Assembly: GCA_963762115.1 (NCBI GenBank)
Contig: CAVXJH010000006.1
Location: 192,001-256,000 of the forward strand
From: Candidatus Babeliales bacterium
GTDB lineage: Bacteria; Babelota; Babeliae; Babelales; JANWKD01
Length of the DNA: 64,000 nucleotides
Direction of reading: 5' to 3'
Shown here: positions 30,468-41,052 of the stretch, piece by piece
How the letters are laid out: every line of letters starts with the position of its first letter
How positions within the stretch are numbered: position 1 is the stretch's first letter
Program-made: the position numbers and the translations under genes
The notes under the pieces: generated by a model
What the model saw: the letters and a program-made list of their open reading frames with translations, nothing else
What the model was told of the DNA's origin: nothing
The model's database searches: none

Positions 30468-31007
30468 ATGTTTAAATCTAAAAACTTTTTACTCCTATTT
30501 TTGTTCATATCAACCATAAGTTATGGTGTTGATAAGCCTCTATTTTCAACTAACCAAAAAAAATGTACTGGATGCGCATTATTAAATCGTGAAATTGAAA
30601 GCGTCGGTGGAATTATTGCTTCAACCCTATACTTTGAAGCACAACAAGATTGCTTCATTCCTATTCCAGGATTTATTACTATAAACTCAAGACGACATGT
30701 TCAAAGCATTGATGATTTTACTCAAGAAGAACGAGCTGATTTTATTGAATTTTTGTATAAAGTGAGAAAAAATATGCGAGAGACATTGAACATTGAAACA
30801 ATATACATGATACAAGAAGAAGATGCTTCACATTTTCATGTGTGGTTATTTCCACACTATGATTGGATGGAAAAGTTTGAAAAGAAGGTTTCTTCAATTA
30901 TTTCTATTATGAGGTGGGCAAAAGAACATTTAAAAACAGAAGAAAATTTGGAACATGTTCTTATGTCTGCCCAAATTTTGAAACAATCATTTGCCATATT
31001 TCATTAA
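30468..31007 (+). CDS. HIT-family protein with signal peptide
   Basis: CxxC, PIPG...RRHV and HFHVWLFP (variant HIT motif). Confidence 0.8.
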   Translation: MFKSKNFLLLFLFISTISYGVDKPLFSTNQKKCTGCALLNREIESVGGIIASTLYFEAQQDCFIPIPGFITINSRRHVQSIDDFTQEERADFIEFLYKVRKNMRETLNIETIYMIQEEDASHFHVWLFPHYDWMEKFEKKVSSIISIMRWAKEHLKTEENLEHVLMSAQILKQSFAIFH

Positions 31008-31013
31008 AGATCT

Positions 31014-31583
31014 TTATTTATAAAAAATGTTTAAATTTTCTGGCCCAAAACGGAACGGCAATAAATCTTCAATAGTGGCACAGGCAACAATACCATTACC
31101 TTCAAGGTTGAGAATTTTTACTTTGGTATCATTGCAACAATTTTCCCAAATAATTTGTAAGCAATGTCCGCAAGTAACGTTAGAAATAGCAATATTGCTT
31201 GGTTCTGTTAAGGAGATCTTAACATCTTTAAGCGCTCCTACCACGGCAATTTTTTCAATTTTTGATGGTCCGATCGTTGCAATCATACTATCAATAGCGT
31301 TTTGTTCTGCGTGAGTGGTTTGTGTATAAGTGCAACGTTCAACATTGCATCCAACATGAATTGTCCCTTTATCACTTAAGATGGCAACACCAACATGATA
31401 GTTTGAATAAGGTGCTTGAGCATTATTGCGCACTTTAAGTGCTTCTTGAAATAGATTTTTTTCATCTTCTGGTAATTGATCAAAAGGTATTTTTTGAATA
31501 CGAACTGTTTTTTCGATTTTGTGCACTTTGATTTCTTTGAGCGTTGTTTTTGTATAAAGAAATTTTTTTACTATAATTACCAC
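31014..31583 (-). CDS. cdd: Cytidine deaminase (start uncertain)
   Basis: APYSNYHVG, GCNVE, HAE, CGHC and LLPFRF motifs. Confidence 0.9.
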   Translation of the reverse strand: MVIIVKKFLYTKTTLKEIKVHKIEKTVRIQKIPFDQLPEDEKNLFQEALKVRNNAQAPYSNYHVGVAILSDKGTIHVGCNVERCTYTQTTHAEQNAIDSMIATIGPSKIEKIAVVGALKDVKISLTEPSNIAISNVTCGHCLQIIWENCCNDTKVKILNLEGNGIVACATIEDLLPFRFGPENLNIFYK

Positions 31584-31651
31584 AATAATTAAAAATAGTT
31601 AAAAAAATCTGTATATTTATAGAAATAGCACAATTATGAGAAGGAAATAGT

Positions 31652-32167
31652 ATGTATAATGCAATTGAGTTGAATAAAAATGCGTATATAAATCAAATGA
31701 TTATTGCATGGCAAACGTACATACATACAAAAGCAAATTGGCATGAATTAGTTAATAGTGTTGTGCCAAAATATACAGGCAACGGCGCAATTTATGAACT
31801 GCCTAATTTTTTGAATCGGCCAAACGAAAGTTTTGCTGTTTGTGATATGCGAGAACTACTTTTTAGTGAACCGCATTATCATCCTGATAATGATATCGAA
31901 ATTTATTTTGTTCTTGAGGGAAGTGCCCTTGTTGTAGTTGGCAATAATGAACAGCATGCACATAAAGGGGATGTGATAATTATTCCTTCAAATACGGCAC
32001 ATTTTACTATTCCAAACAATGAATTTATCATGGCCATAGTTAACACGCCGCTATTTAAATTTGAAAGTTATATCGTTGTTAATCAAACTAATCCAGATGT
32101 TATTTTTGATCATGAATATTTTATTGAGTTAACCACGAAATGTAATGTGAAAGGAAAAACATGGTAA
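31652..32167 (+). CDS. Cupin-domain protein
   Basis: PHYH...EIYFVLEG...GDVIIIP...H cupin signature. Confidence 0.85.
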   Translation: MYNAIELNKNAYINQMIIAWQTYIHTKANWHELVNSVVPKYTGNGAIYELPNFLNRPNESFAVCDMRELLFSEPHYHPDNDIEIYFVLEGSALVVVGNNEQHAHKGDVIIIPSNTAHFTIPNNEFIMAIVNTPLFKFESYIVVNQTNPDVIFDHEYFIELTTKCNVKGKTW

Positions 32168-32745
32168 TACCAATTTTATTAACAGTCTTATTGGGAAATC
32201 AAATTACTGATATTATTCCAACGATTGCAAAACTTAGAATCAAATCATTCAAAGGATATCCTTATCTTTATAATGGCACATTAGAAAGTGAACTTGAATA
32301 TCTTGAATTGTATAAAAATAATGAACATGCGTTAGTGGTCCAAGAAAGCGAATCAGCTGAAACAGTAATGCTTATTGGAGCGCCATTAATTGATATTTTC
32401 CCTGAAGCAAAAACAATCTTTGAATCTGCGCAGTATAATGCAGATGAATGTTATTATGCTGAAGAAGTTGTTTTGCCATTGGCAAATATGCCACTTATTC
32501 TTGAAGCATTTGAAGCGCAGGTGATCAAATGGAACTATAAAAATCTCTGTTTAATTACCGTAAAAGAAGAAGAAAATCATCCTTTAAAGCCAGAAAACTA
32601 TCAAAGTATTGAGCCATTGTTTGAAGAGCTGGGTTTTTCAAAAACAGATCTTTCAATTTCCGCGGCATATTCTACTTTTTGTGCTGGTGGTTCTGTGCAA
32701 CAACGCGGGCATGAATTTGTGTTTTGGATAAAAAAATTGAATTAA
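32161..32745 (+). CDS. GNAT-like acetyltransferase with eroded motif A
   Basis: FKGYPYLY, HPLKP, LGFSKT and FWIKKL are shared with the 32822 and 48901 paralogs; QxxGxG is absent. Confidence 0.7.
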   Translation: MVIPILLTVLLGNQITDIIPTIAKLRIKSFKGYPYLYNGTLESELEYLELYKNNEHALVVQESESAETVMLIGAPLIDIFPEAKTIFESAQYNADECYYAEEVVLPLANMPLILEAFEAQVIKWNYKNLCLITVKEEENHPLKPENYQSIEPLFEELGFSKTDLSISAAYSTFCAGGSVQQRGHEFVFWIKKLN

Positions 32746-32821
32746 TTATTACATTACTCTAAAAGTGAAAATTGTTATTCAAGAAATTTAATAGCAACGT
32801 ATTTAGTTGGTTCAAAATGTC

Positions 32822-33430
32822 TTACTTATTTAATTCTTTAGTCCAAAAAGTAAGAGTATTTTCGTGCATTTCTACTGTTCCTTGTTCATCCATAATAGTT
32901 GGCCATGATTCTTTAATTGTTAAAGAAGTTTTTGAAAAACCTAAGCGTTGCCAAAATATTGCAGGATCTTTGAAGTTTGTAGGTTTTAAAGGATGATCTT
33001 CTTTGCGTTCAACAGTACAAAGACAAATTTTTTTATATCCCCAAAATCGAGCTTTCTTTTCTAGTTTTTTATAAAGTTTTGAACCGATTCCTTTATTTTG
33101 ATACTGAGATAAAACAATGACATCATTAATATGAAAAAAATCAGATGGGTCTAGATTGTTTTTTTCAAAAAGTTCAGCTTCATATGAATATGCTAATAAT
33201 GGAATGCCAGTTGCAATAGCTATTACGGTATGATCATTAGTCTGTGCAATTAAAAATGTACAATGTGGTTCTTGTGAAAACTTTTTGAAATTATCTTTTA
33301 CGCCCTCAAAGGTTCCTTGGTTTAAGATAGGATATTCTTTAAAAATATTAAGCCATCCGGGTAGTATACTTTCTGGAATATTTAATATTTGTAGTCCAAT
33401 ATACATAGTGATTATTAAAGAAGATGTCAT
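32822..33430 (-). CDS. GNAT acetyltransferase
   Basis: VIVLSQYQNKGIG motif A, HPLKP and WQRLGF. Confidence 0.88.
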   Translation of the reverse strand: MTSSLIITMYIGLQILNIPESILPGWLNIFKEYPILNQGTFEGVKDNFKKFSQEPHCTFLIAQTNDHTVIAIATGIPLLAYSYEAELFEKNNLDPSDFFHINDVIVLSQYQNKGIGSKLYKKLEKKARFWGYKKICLCTVERKEDHPLKPTNFKDPAIFWQRLGFSKTSLTIKESWPTIMDEQGTVEMHENTLTFWTKELNK

Positions 33431-33508
33431 AGGTTAATCCTATTGTGTTAGATAATGGTTTTTAATAATAGTATAGAATTATGCTAAATTTCTGCTATAT
33501 ATCCTCTG

Positions 33509-34417
33509 TTAATGGCTATGCAGGCGACTTAAATTCTGTTTGGAATGTACTATTTTCTTCTCTTCGCGATAATACAAAAACAAGCTAATGTTTATGATCA
33601 AAAATGCGCAATAATAATGCCAGGAAATAGCTTTATTGAAAAAAAGAGCTCCATAAAATGTAGTAAAGAACGGGCATAACAAGCTGCCAAGTACTATAAA
33701 TGTTTGGCTATATTTTTTGAGTAACAGTGCATACCAATTGTGGCACACAATATTGCTTACCAAAATAATAACACTTATCAAAGTAACAAAGGGAAAAAAC
33801 TCAGTAACAAAAGGAGTTTTTTCGATAGAGAGACTTGTAAACAATGCTAACAATCCACCGCATGTCATGGTAATGCTATTAATTAAGAATGGGTGATAGT
33901 GAAGTTCAGTTATTAATTTTCTAATAAGAAGCCAACCATAACTAAAACTTATCACTGAACAAAGTAGTGCAAAATCTGGCAACCCAAAGGAAGTTAGTGC
34001 AAGCGATTGCTGTCGTAACACCATTGGGCTAATAAGAAGAATTGCACCGTAACTGATGCACAATAAGCTCATTTTGCGTGCATTGAATTTTTCAATAGCA
34101 AAAAACAGAACACAAAAATAGGTGATTAACGGTCCAGAATTATAGAGCATAAATGCGCGTGATTCAGGGCAATAAAGTAGTCCGTAATAACGCAAAATGT
34201 AGGGGAAATATAAAGCAAAGAGGATTATCTGAATGAAATAAAAAATATGACGCTGAGGAATTTTGAATTTTTTTTGATAAAAGAAACAATAACCAAACAA
34301 AATAATGCCTGCAATGCTCATACGAATGCCAATTAAAAAAAATGGTTGTGTATGCTGTAAAAGCATTTTAGTTAAAGAGAAAGTACTTAAAGCATGAAGA
34401 AGTACTACTGAAATCAT
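33509..34417 (-). CDS. DMT/EamA-family transporter
   Basis: About 10 hydrophobic segments in two EamA-like halves; PFFLIGIRM motif. Confidence 0.85.
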   Translation of the reverse strand: MISVVLLHALSTFSLTKMLLQHTQPFFLIGIRMSIAGIILFGYCFFYQKKFKIPQRHIFYFIQIILFALYFPYILRYYGLLYCPESRAFMLYNSGPLITYFCVLFFAIEKFNARKMSLLCISYGAILLISPMVLRQQSLALTSFGLPDFALLCSVISFSYGWLLIRKLITELHYHPFLINSITMTCGGLLALFTSLSIEKTPFVTEFFPFVTLISVIILVSNIVCHNWYALLLKKYSQTFIVLGSLLCPFFTTFYGALFFNKAISWHYYCAFLIINISLFLYYREEKKIVHSKQNLSRLHSH

Positions 34418-34432
34418 TACATTCCTTGGGAA

Positions 34433-35098
34433 TTAGTCTTGCTCTTTTGTATCAATTGGACAAGCATGATAATTTAAAACAGTAGTCTGTAATTCTTGTG
34501 CTGCTTGAACTAATATTTCCTCTTTATAACTGTCTGATCGATCGTTTAAAGTAACTAAAAATGAAGAACAGTTTTTATCATTTATACAACGTCTAAAGCT
34601 TGTTCTTTTTGCAAGGAAATCAAATTTTAGGCATAACGATGATTGATTTAATCTATAAAGAGCATCATGATTATCATCTCGACGAGACTTCGCCTTTTTT
34701 TTCTTAAAATGTAATAAAAAAGATCTTTTTTTGAGATGTCGATATTCTTTGGCGCCACGTTCAAATTCTTTGGCAAGTTCTTCTGCTTTTTTCAAAACTT
34801 GTGGACATTCTTGCTGACGTAGGTGTGTTAATTTTTCTGTGGTATCAACCAATCTTGTGCAAGCATTATCATCAAGGCTTTCTCCGCATTGAGTAGCCAG
34901 ATCTGCTACTTCAAAAAAATTATCTAATGGAAAGTCATGTAATTTTTTTAAAAAAACGGCTGTTTCGACCCAGCATGCATATTTTAGTTGCCCTTTTTCA
35001 GTTTTTTGTAATAAATAGGGTATTTTAGGATTTTCCATTGAATAACAGGTGTTGATAGAGATTGTTAAAAGAATTAATGCAAAATATTTTGTTAACAT
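34433..35098 (-). CDS. Hypothetical exported protein with basic NLS-like patch
   Basis: Signal peptide ending YS-ME; KKRSFLLHFKKKKAKSRR. Confidence 0.7.
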   Translation of the reverse strand: MLTKYFALILLTISINTCYSMENPKIPYLLQKTEKGQLKYACWVETAVFLKKLHDFPLDNFFEVADLATQCGESLDDNACTRLVDTTEKLTHLRQQECPQVLKKAEELAKEFERGAKEYRHLKKRSFLLHFKKKKAKSRRDDNHDALYRLNQSSLCLKFDFLAKRTSFRRCINDKNCSSFLVTLNDRSDSYKEEILVQAAQELQTTVLNYHACPIDTKEQD

Positions 35099-35256
35099 AT
35101 TTCCCTTCTTTTTTTGTGATCAGTATTCTTATGATAAAAGCTATTGCAGTATAGTAATCTTTTTTAAGAAAGTTAATTTTTTGGAAAGAAATCAATAAGT
35201 ATATTTTTTTAAGAAAAGAGACAAATTGCTGAAATTTAAAGATGGCAGAAATAATA

Positions 35257-35988
35257 TTAATTTGCTTCCTTTTCTTTTTCTGCATGCTCTTGTTTTAGGA
35301 GTTGTAAAATTTCTTGAGTGTTTTTGAGGGCTCTTTCTCTATGCTCCTGATCTTTATCTTTATCATCATTCCAAAAGATAATTTCATGATTATAGAGCTG
35401 TTTATAGCGTTTTTTAATAAAATCAAGAGTGTTAGATTCATTAACAATTAATTCAGGGTCGCCATCATGTTCTAACAATTTTTTGAAAAGAACGAGAGCT
35501 GGTCGGTAACCATATGAAGCTGATTCTGTTGTGAATCTCAATAATGAGATTTTTTTTTGATCAAAAGAGTTGATTATAAAGCTGTTTGGTGTAAATTTGG
35601 TTGCTTCAAAATAGGTATTCAATACTTGATCTAAAATACCAAGTTCATTATATTTTTCTGCCCAAAAAAGAATATGTGATCTAAAGAATTGAAATGATTC
35701 TTTTTGGATGTTTGGATTTTCTAAATAAGATGTGAAATAGTCATAAAATTTTTCGGATTCAGATTTTTTAACAGTTAATATTTCTTGTGGGGAAACATAT
35801 TCTTTTTTTCTTGCTTTAGCGCGTTTTCTTTGCAAGCCTCTTCTTTGACCCTTGGTTATTTTTGGTGCTGTACTACTTTCTTGAATGATAGAAGTTGCTG
35901 AAAGTGCAGAAGCACCTTCTTCCATGGCAATTAATAAATAAGAACTTGATATGGTTAACAAGAACATTGAATATTTTAAAAACTTCAT
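35257..35988 (-). CDS. Exported protein of a local paralog family (SASYGY domain)
   Basis: AAGGAG RBS before the ATG at 35988; signal peptide; domain shared with 36118 and 41053. Confidence 0.8.
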   Translation of the reverse strand: MKFLKYSMFLLTISSSYLLIAMEEGASALSATSIIQESSTAPKITKGQRRGLQRKRAKARKKEYVSPQEILTVKKSESEKFYDYFTSYLENPNIQKESFQFFRSHILFWAEKYNELGILDQVLNTYFEATKFTPNSFIINSFDQKKISLLRFTTESASYGYRPALVLFKKLLEHDGDPELIVNESNTLDFIKKRYKQLYNHEIIFWNDDKDKDQEHRERALKNTQEILQLLKQEHAEKEKEAN

Positions 35989-36061
35989 AGAAAACTCCTT
36001 TTTTTCTTGAAAAATTTTTTTAAGATTCTTGCTTACTCTAATAGAGATTGAGATTTGATGC

Positions 36062-36092
36062 AAAAAAAGGCAGAGAAAATTCTCTGCCTTTT
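36062..36092 (-). terminator. Rho-independent terminator
   Basis: 12-bp stem aaaaggcagaga/tctctgcctttt followed by a U-run on the minus strand, downstream of 36118-37464. Confidence 0.8.
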
Positions 36093-36117
36093 ATATTTAC
36101 AAAATGTTGGAAAAAAA

Positions 36118-37464
36118 TTAGTCAGCTTTTTGTTGCGCTTTTTCTTTTTTTTCTTGTTCTTCTTTAATGCGTTGCGCAATATATTTCGATGCTTCACAAC
36201 GTTTTTCTGCTATAGCCGTTTTTGCTATTCTCGTATACTCGGTAGAATAATTGCCTTTGCGTGGGGTATGAATTTGCTGTTTAATAAAATGAGAAGCATG
36301 ATTACAATAATAATCACATTCATTGTTAACATCTTCTTCGAGGTTGGTTTTTCTGTCGCTATGAATATAATCGTCTTCTGTAACAACTGCTGCATCACCA
36401 CCACGGAGTAGTAATTTTTCAAAAAGAATTCGATGCTTTTTTTTGCCGGAATTCGCTGCTTTAACGGCGATATATTGGAATAGAGTATTTCTATCTGTTG
36501 AATATTCAGGGAAATTAGTAAAGCCAAAAAACGTAGTCTCTCTTCCTCTATGCTTCATCCATTTTTCAATAACTGAATTTGGATTCTTTTTCGTTTTTTT
36601 AAAAAAATAATCAAGAGCTTTATCTAAGATGTCTAATTTTTCAAATTTTTCGGCATTTTTGATTAGAGGGTTAAGTTGATAAACTATATTATTATGAGTT
36701 TGATGTCCTCTTACTTTTTCTTTAAGATCTTTTTTGAAATCACTGAGGGCTTTTTTACCTTCTTTAACGTTTTTAAGGCGCTGCAAAATTCCTTTTATTT
36801 TTTTACATCCTTGGGTATTATTTCCGTTATATCCGTGACATAAAAATTGATCATATCTTTTTTCAATACAATCAATGGTATTAGATCCATTGATTACTAG
36901 TTCGGGATCACCGCCACGCTCTAACAATTTTTTAAAAAGAATTTCGGCTGGTTCATAACCATATGAAGCAGAATCAGTTATGAATTGAAAGAAAGAAGTT
37001 TTTTCTTTATCAACAGTACCGATAAGTTTTATCATTGTGTTTGGCGTTGTCTTTGTGATTTCAAAATAGGTATCCAATACTTCATCAAGAATGCCAAGTC
37101 TATCATATTTTTCTGCCCAGAAAAGTATATCGCTATTAAAGAAATCGTAAATAGGGGAACTTATTTCTCTGTTGTACACTTCCCCCAATGATTCTCGGGC
37201 ATCTTTTTTATTTAACAATAGATTAAGCGCATAATTTTCTTGGTTTATTAATGCATCGAGTTTAGATTTGAAAGCATTTAATACGGTTACAGATTCAGGT
37301 TCAACAGCTTCAACTTTTGGCGGCGTGCATTCATCAGGAGTAACAGAACCAAAAGAATCGATGGTTTCAGGACCTATTTTGGGCGATGGAACTTCCCATG
37401 CTGCAAGTGCATGAGCGTTGTACCCAGCGAGCAATGCAATAAAAAGTATTTTTTGTATTTTCAT
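36118..37464 (-). CDS. Exported protein with two copies of the SASYGY-family domain
   Basis: Signal peptide from MKIQKILF; AEK..LGILD..LD.YF..TK..PN...LF.KLL.RGGD occurs twice. Confidence 0.8.
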   Translation of the reverse strand: MKIQKILFIALLAGYNAHALAAWEVPSPKIGPETIDSFGSVTPDECTPPKVEAVEPESVTVLNAFKSKLDALINQENYALNLLLNKKDARESLGEVYNREISSPIYDFFNSDILFWAEKYDRLGILDEVLDTYFEITKTTPNTMIKLIGTVDKEKTSFFQFITDSASYGYEPAEILFKKLLERGGDPELVINGSNTIDCIEKRYDQFLCHGYNGNNTQGCKKIKGILQRLKNVKEGKKALSDFKKDLKEKVRGHQTHNNIVYQLNPLIKNAEKFEKLDILDKALDYFFKKTKKNPNSVIEKWMKHRGRETTFFGFTNFPEYSTDRNTLFQYIAVKAANSGKKKHRILFEKLLLRGGDAAVVTEDDYIHSDRKTNLEEDVNNECDYYCNHASHFIKQQIHTPRKGNYSTEYTRIAKTAIAEKRCEASKYIAQRIKEEQEKKEKAQQKAD

Positions 37465-37618
37465 GAAATTATTTCTTCCATTCATTTTTAAAATAGTAAC
37501 ATTAATAAATAGTATATAGTAATTATGGCTACTTTCAAGCAAACTAAAAACAATTTATAATTTCAGTCAGAAATTATCATTCTGTACAAAGTGTTACTTG
37601 AAATTATCAAATTTGTTT

Positions 37619-38677
37619 TTACGGTGCTTTTTCTTGTTGCGCAGCTTTTTGTTTTGTTCTAAAAAGCTCTCTTGTTTTCTTATTGGTGCGAATATAACCT
37701 TCTTCATTTTTTCTTTGTGTTTTTGCTAATCTGAGAGGGGTTATAGATCCAATTTTGCTTTCTTTATGTCTGCAGATTGCATATTTGTTAGCACCACATT
37801 CAAGTAATATTCTTGCTTTTTTATACCGTTTAAATTTTACCGCTTCATGCAAGGGGGTTCCATATTCATTTTCACAAATATTTATGTCTGCACCATGATT
37901 GATAAGAATTCTTGCATTTTTGTGTGACGCAAAATGTAAAGGCGTTCTGCCATATTTATCTTGAACATTAATGTCATCAAGTGCTCCATTATTAAGAAGT
38001 ACTTTTATGAATTTTTTACTTTTTGCTCGTTGTGCAGTTGTTTCATCATAGTGCCATACAGCTCTATGCAAAGGTGTTTGTCCTGCAAGGTTGCTCCTGC
38101 CCCATGTTCTTGCATGAACATCAGCACCATTTTTGATCAAAATTTTTGCAACTTTTGGTGATGTTGCATTATGTAAAGGGGTGTCGCCAAACTCAGTTTT
38201 TGTGTTTACATTAGCTCCGAGTTGTATTAAAAGCTTTACACTTTTAGGTTGTTTTAATATTTCTTGGCAATTCAATGGTGTATAGCCACCGCGTGTTCTT
38301 GCATGAATATTAGCACCTCGATTTATTAGAAGCTTGACGCATTCCGGTGTTGCGGCACGATGTAAAGGGGTATCATTAATTTCTCCTTTTAAATGCACAT
38401 CAGCTCCTTTATTGAGGAGTAATTCCATTATTTTTGCATTTCCTGCTTCCGCTATTTTATGTAATAAAGTATCGCCACATTTATCTTGTGTGTTTATGTC
38501 AGAACTATCACATTTTTCAATGAAAGTAGTTAATTTTGTATCTTTTTCTTCTTGCGTTAAGTTTTTATATTCTTTACTATTTATAAAATCAATTATTTCT
38601 GTGACGGTTGAAGCGGCAATGTTACTACAAGTAAGCATCGTGAAAAAAGTTAGATTTAATAAAATTTTTTTGTTCAT
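37619..38677 (-). CDS. Exported ankyrin-repeat protein
   Basis: Signal peptide; repeated G(D/Q/R)TPLH...L...GAD(V/I) units. Confidence 0.92.
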   Translation of the reverse strand: MNKKILLNLTFFTMLTCSNIAASTVTEIIDFINSKEYKNLTQEEKDTKLTTFIEKCDSSDINTQDKCGDTLLHKIAEAGNAKIMELLLNKGADVHLKGEINDTPLHRAATPECVKLLINRGANIHARTRGGYTPLNCQEILKQPKSVKLLIQLGANVNTKTEFGDTPLHNATSPKVAKILIKNGADVHARTWGRSNLAGQTPLHRAVWHYDETTAQRAKSKKFIKVLLNNGALDDINVQDKYGRTPLHFASHKNARILINHGADINICENEYGTPLHEAVKFKRYKKARILLECGANKYAICRHKESKIGSITPLRLAKTQRKNEEGYIRTNKKTRELFRTKQKAAQQEKAP

Positions 38678-38915
38678 GATTATTACCTTATGTTATAAAA
38701 TTAATCTTACATAATAGTGTATTCTCTTTTTAGCTATAATCAATTCAAAATTCTTACTATAAAAAATCTCTATTATGCAACTTATATTAAGGCAAATTGA
38801 GATAATCGTTTTTGCCAAAAATATGAAAAACTTTTATTGTTATAAATAATATTATTTAAATAAATTAAAACTATAAAAATTCAGTTATGAAATTTTATAG
38901 GGGTGGGGATATTTC

Positions 38916-39293
38916 ATGAATAAGAAACTCAAAGCTTTTTTACTATTTCTTGTTTCTGCAGGACAAAGTGCTGCCTTACAGAATGGTTTAGATATTTATG
39001 TTGAGCAAAATCAAGGGGAAATTAATAAACAAAAATTAGCTCAACAGATAAAAAGTCTCATTCGTGAGGAAAAAGTATATGAAGTATATGTACTTATTAA
39101 TTCTGAAACATTGCATCATTATTCACAAGGAAATAAAGAGCTTGGAGAAGATATAATCGATCTTCATGATGCATTTATAGACAGAGACGAGGCACAAATA
39201 AAACTTGATGAATTTTGCAGAAAATGGGACTTAGAGAATATAAATATATCAGAAGTAATTCGTCTAGAGCACGTTAAAATTAAGAAAAAGTGA
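38916..39293 (+). CDS. Hypothetical exported protein
   Basis: GGGGA RBS and signal-peptide-like N-terminus. Confidence 0.6.
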   Translation: MNKKLKAFLLFLVSAGQSAALQNGLDIYVEQNQGEINKQKLAQQIKSLIREEKVYEVYVLINSETLHHYSQGNKELGEDIIDLHDAFIDRDEAQIKLDEFCRKWDLENINISEVIRLEHVKIKKK

Positions 39294-39325
39294 TAGTTTT
39301 TACTTTTGTGAAGTATGTTTTTTTA

Positions 39326-39409
39326 TTAGAATCTAAATATTACGCAAGTGTCTTTATGTGCTTTTAATAAACAAGTAAAGGTAATGAACAGTAGAAGAAA
39401 TTTTTTCAT
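39326..39409 (-). pseudogene. Truncated exported-protein remnant (signal peptide only)
   Basis: ATGA-coupled to the stop of the upstream gene; MKKFLLLFITFTCLLKAHKDTCVIFRF*. Confidence 0.4.
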
Positions 39410-39918
39410 TGTATCTCTCTAAATGATTTCAAAATATAAACCTGTTTTTCATCTTTAAATGTATCAAGTTCACGGATTATTGCTTCTCGATAACATTTAT
39501 TGAAGGTCCAAACCCAGTGCAAAAACTCTAAATATTTGAAACTAAAAAGTTGTTGTTTACACTCTTTTGGGCTTCCTGGAATTATCTTACCAAAATTTAA
39601 TATCGATCGTTTTATGACGTACCAAATACATTTATAGCGAGGAACATCAAGAAAAATAATCACGTCTGCATGACAAGCTCGCCAGTAAAATAATCTATAA
39701 TAAGAGCCCTCCATAATCCATTCATCTTGTTCACAAAGATCTGCATGAATTTTGCTGAACTCTTCAAATTCAGCTCGTTGCCAACCTGGTTTCCAATAAT
39801 ATTGATCCAAATGATAAAGGGGTAACTTAAGTTTTTCTTGTAAGTGAAATGCAAGTGTTGTTTTTCCTGATCCGGCACAACCAATGATTGCTATTTTTTT
39901 ATGATGAGGTTTAATCAT
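39406..39918 (-). CDS. Adenylate-kinase-like P-loop protein (topology modulation protein/FlaR family)
   Basis: IIGCAGSGKTT, HLDQYYWKPGW, WIMEG and ADVIIFLD motifs. Confidence 0.88.
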   Translation of the reverse strand: MIKPHHKKIAIIGCAGSGKTTLAFHLQEKLKLPLYHLDQYYWKPGWQRAEFEEFSKIHADLCEQDEWIMEGSYYRLFYWRACHADVIIFLDVPRYKCIWYVIKRSILNFGKIIPGSPKECKQQLFSFKYLEFLHWVWTFNKCYREAIIRELDTFKDEKQVYILKSFREIQ

Positions 39919-40016
39919 AGAGTTCCATTATTAATCATTATTTGGAAAAAACTGAAAATAGTATATCTTTTTTAGGTATTTTAATTTTAACCATTTAGAA
40001 GATTGCTGTAAAAAAT

Positions 40017-41012
40017 ATGAAATTGAGACTATTTTTTTTCATTGGCATTTTTAGCTTTTGTTATGCTCAATCTGATCGTATTGTTTTTACGCCGCGCTTG
40101 CAAATATTACTTGATGATATGAAACTTTATAAACTTGATGCAGAAGGTGAGCTTTATTTGCATGCAGGCGATCTCTATGAGCATTCTGTTTGGGCATATA
40201 ACGCTGCGTGGGAAATTCTTGATGATAGTTCGCCGTATATGCAAGGTTTTTTTCTAACTGAGCGTCAAAAAGAGATTGTTGCTTTAGCAGCATTATTGCA
40301 TGATATAGGGAAAGCTGGTCGCTTTGAACTTTTTGAACATACACATCCCACATTGCGTTATGATGTTATAAAACATGAAGATAATACTGTTGATTATGTT
40401 GTGTACTTTGTTGATTATCAAACGCATCCACATATTGGATTTGAATATTCAGGAAAACATTTTTTTGCACCGGATGTTAAAGGATTTGTTCCGCAATATT
40501 ATTACTTAATACATAAACGAACGGGTCAGTTAGAAGAGTTTGATTTTGCACAGCTATTTTGCGAGATTGGATTAACGAAAGAAGAGCAGAAAATAGTCGC
40601 AATTTTGATTGGTATCCATTATGAATTTGGTAATTTAAAATATGCTAAAATTACGCAAGAAGAATTTCTGTCGCTTATTGAAGATCTTGTCAAAGTAGTT
40701 GATTATAATCATGGAGAACTTGATGAACTCATTGTGCGATTATCAATCTTGATACAGGTGATTGATGTGAAAGGATTAATACTCGTGCCAGCAAAAAATA
40801 GCTCATTGTTTCCCGAAGGAATTCATAGTGATGTTACTCATTTTGATTTGAAATTTGAAGATCCATTTTTAGCTTTTGAATATGCAACAAGGGATCAATC
40901 TACTCCTTTTGCCATTAATCTCATGTTGCGTATTTTGGATACTTATTATTCAAAAACGGCAGAGAAGGATATAAAGAATTATTTTATTGAAAACAATTTT
41001 TTGATCGCTTGA
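40017..41012 (+). CDS. HD-domain protein with signal peptide
   Basis: EHS...AALLHDIGK...HPHIG...IH...D HD-superfamily motifs. Confidence 0.8.
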   Translation: MKLRLFFFIGIFSFCYAQSDRIVFTPRLQILLDDMKLYKLDAEGELYLHAGDLYEHSVWAYNAAWEILDDSSPYMQGFFLTERQKEIVALAALLHDIGKAGRFELFEHTHPTLRYDVIKHEDNTVDYVVYFVDYQTHPHIGFEYSGKHFFAPDVKGFVPQYYYLIHKRTGQLEEFDFAQLFCEIGLTKEEQKIVAILIGIHYEFGNLKYAKITQEEFLSLIEDLVKVVDYNHGELDELIVRLSILIQVIDVKGLILVPAKNSSLFPEGIHSDVTHFDLKFEDPFLAFEYATRDQSTPFAINLMLRILDTYYSKTAEKDIKNYFIENNFLIA

Positions 41013-41052
41013 AAATATCAAATTGTTGCTAATCCTGCGCATCGGCATGTTC

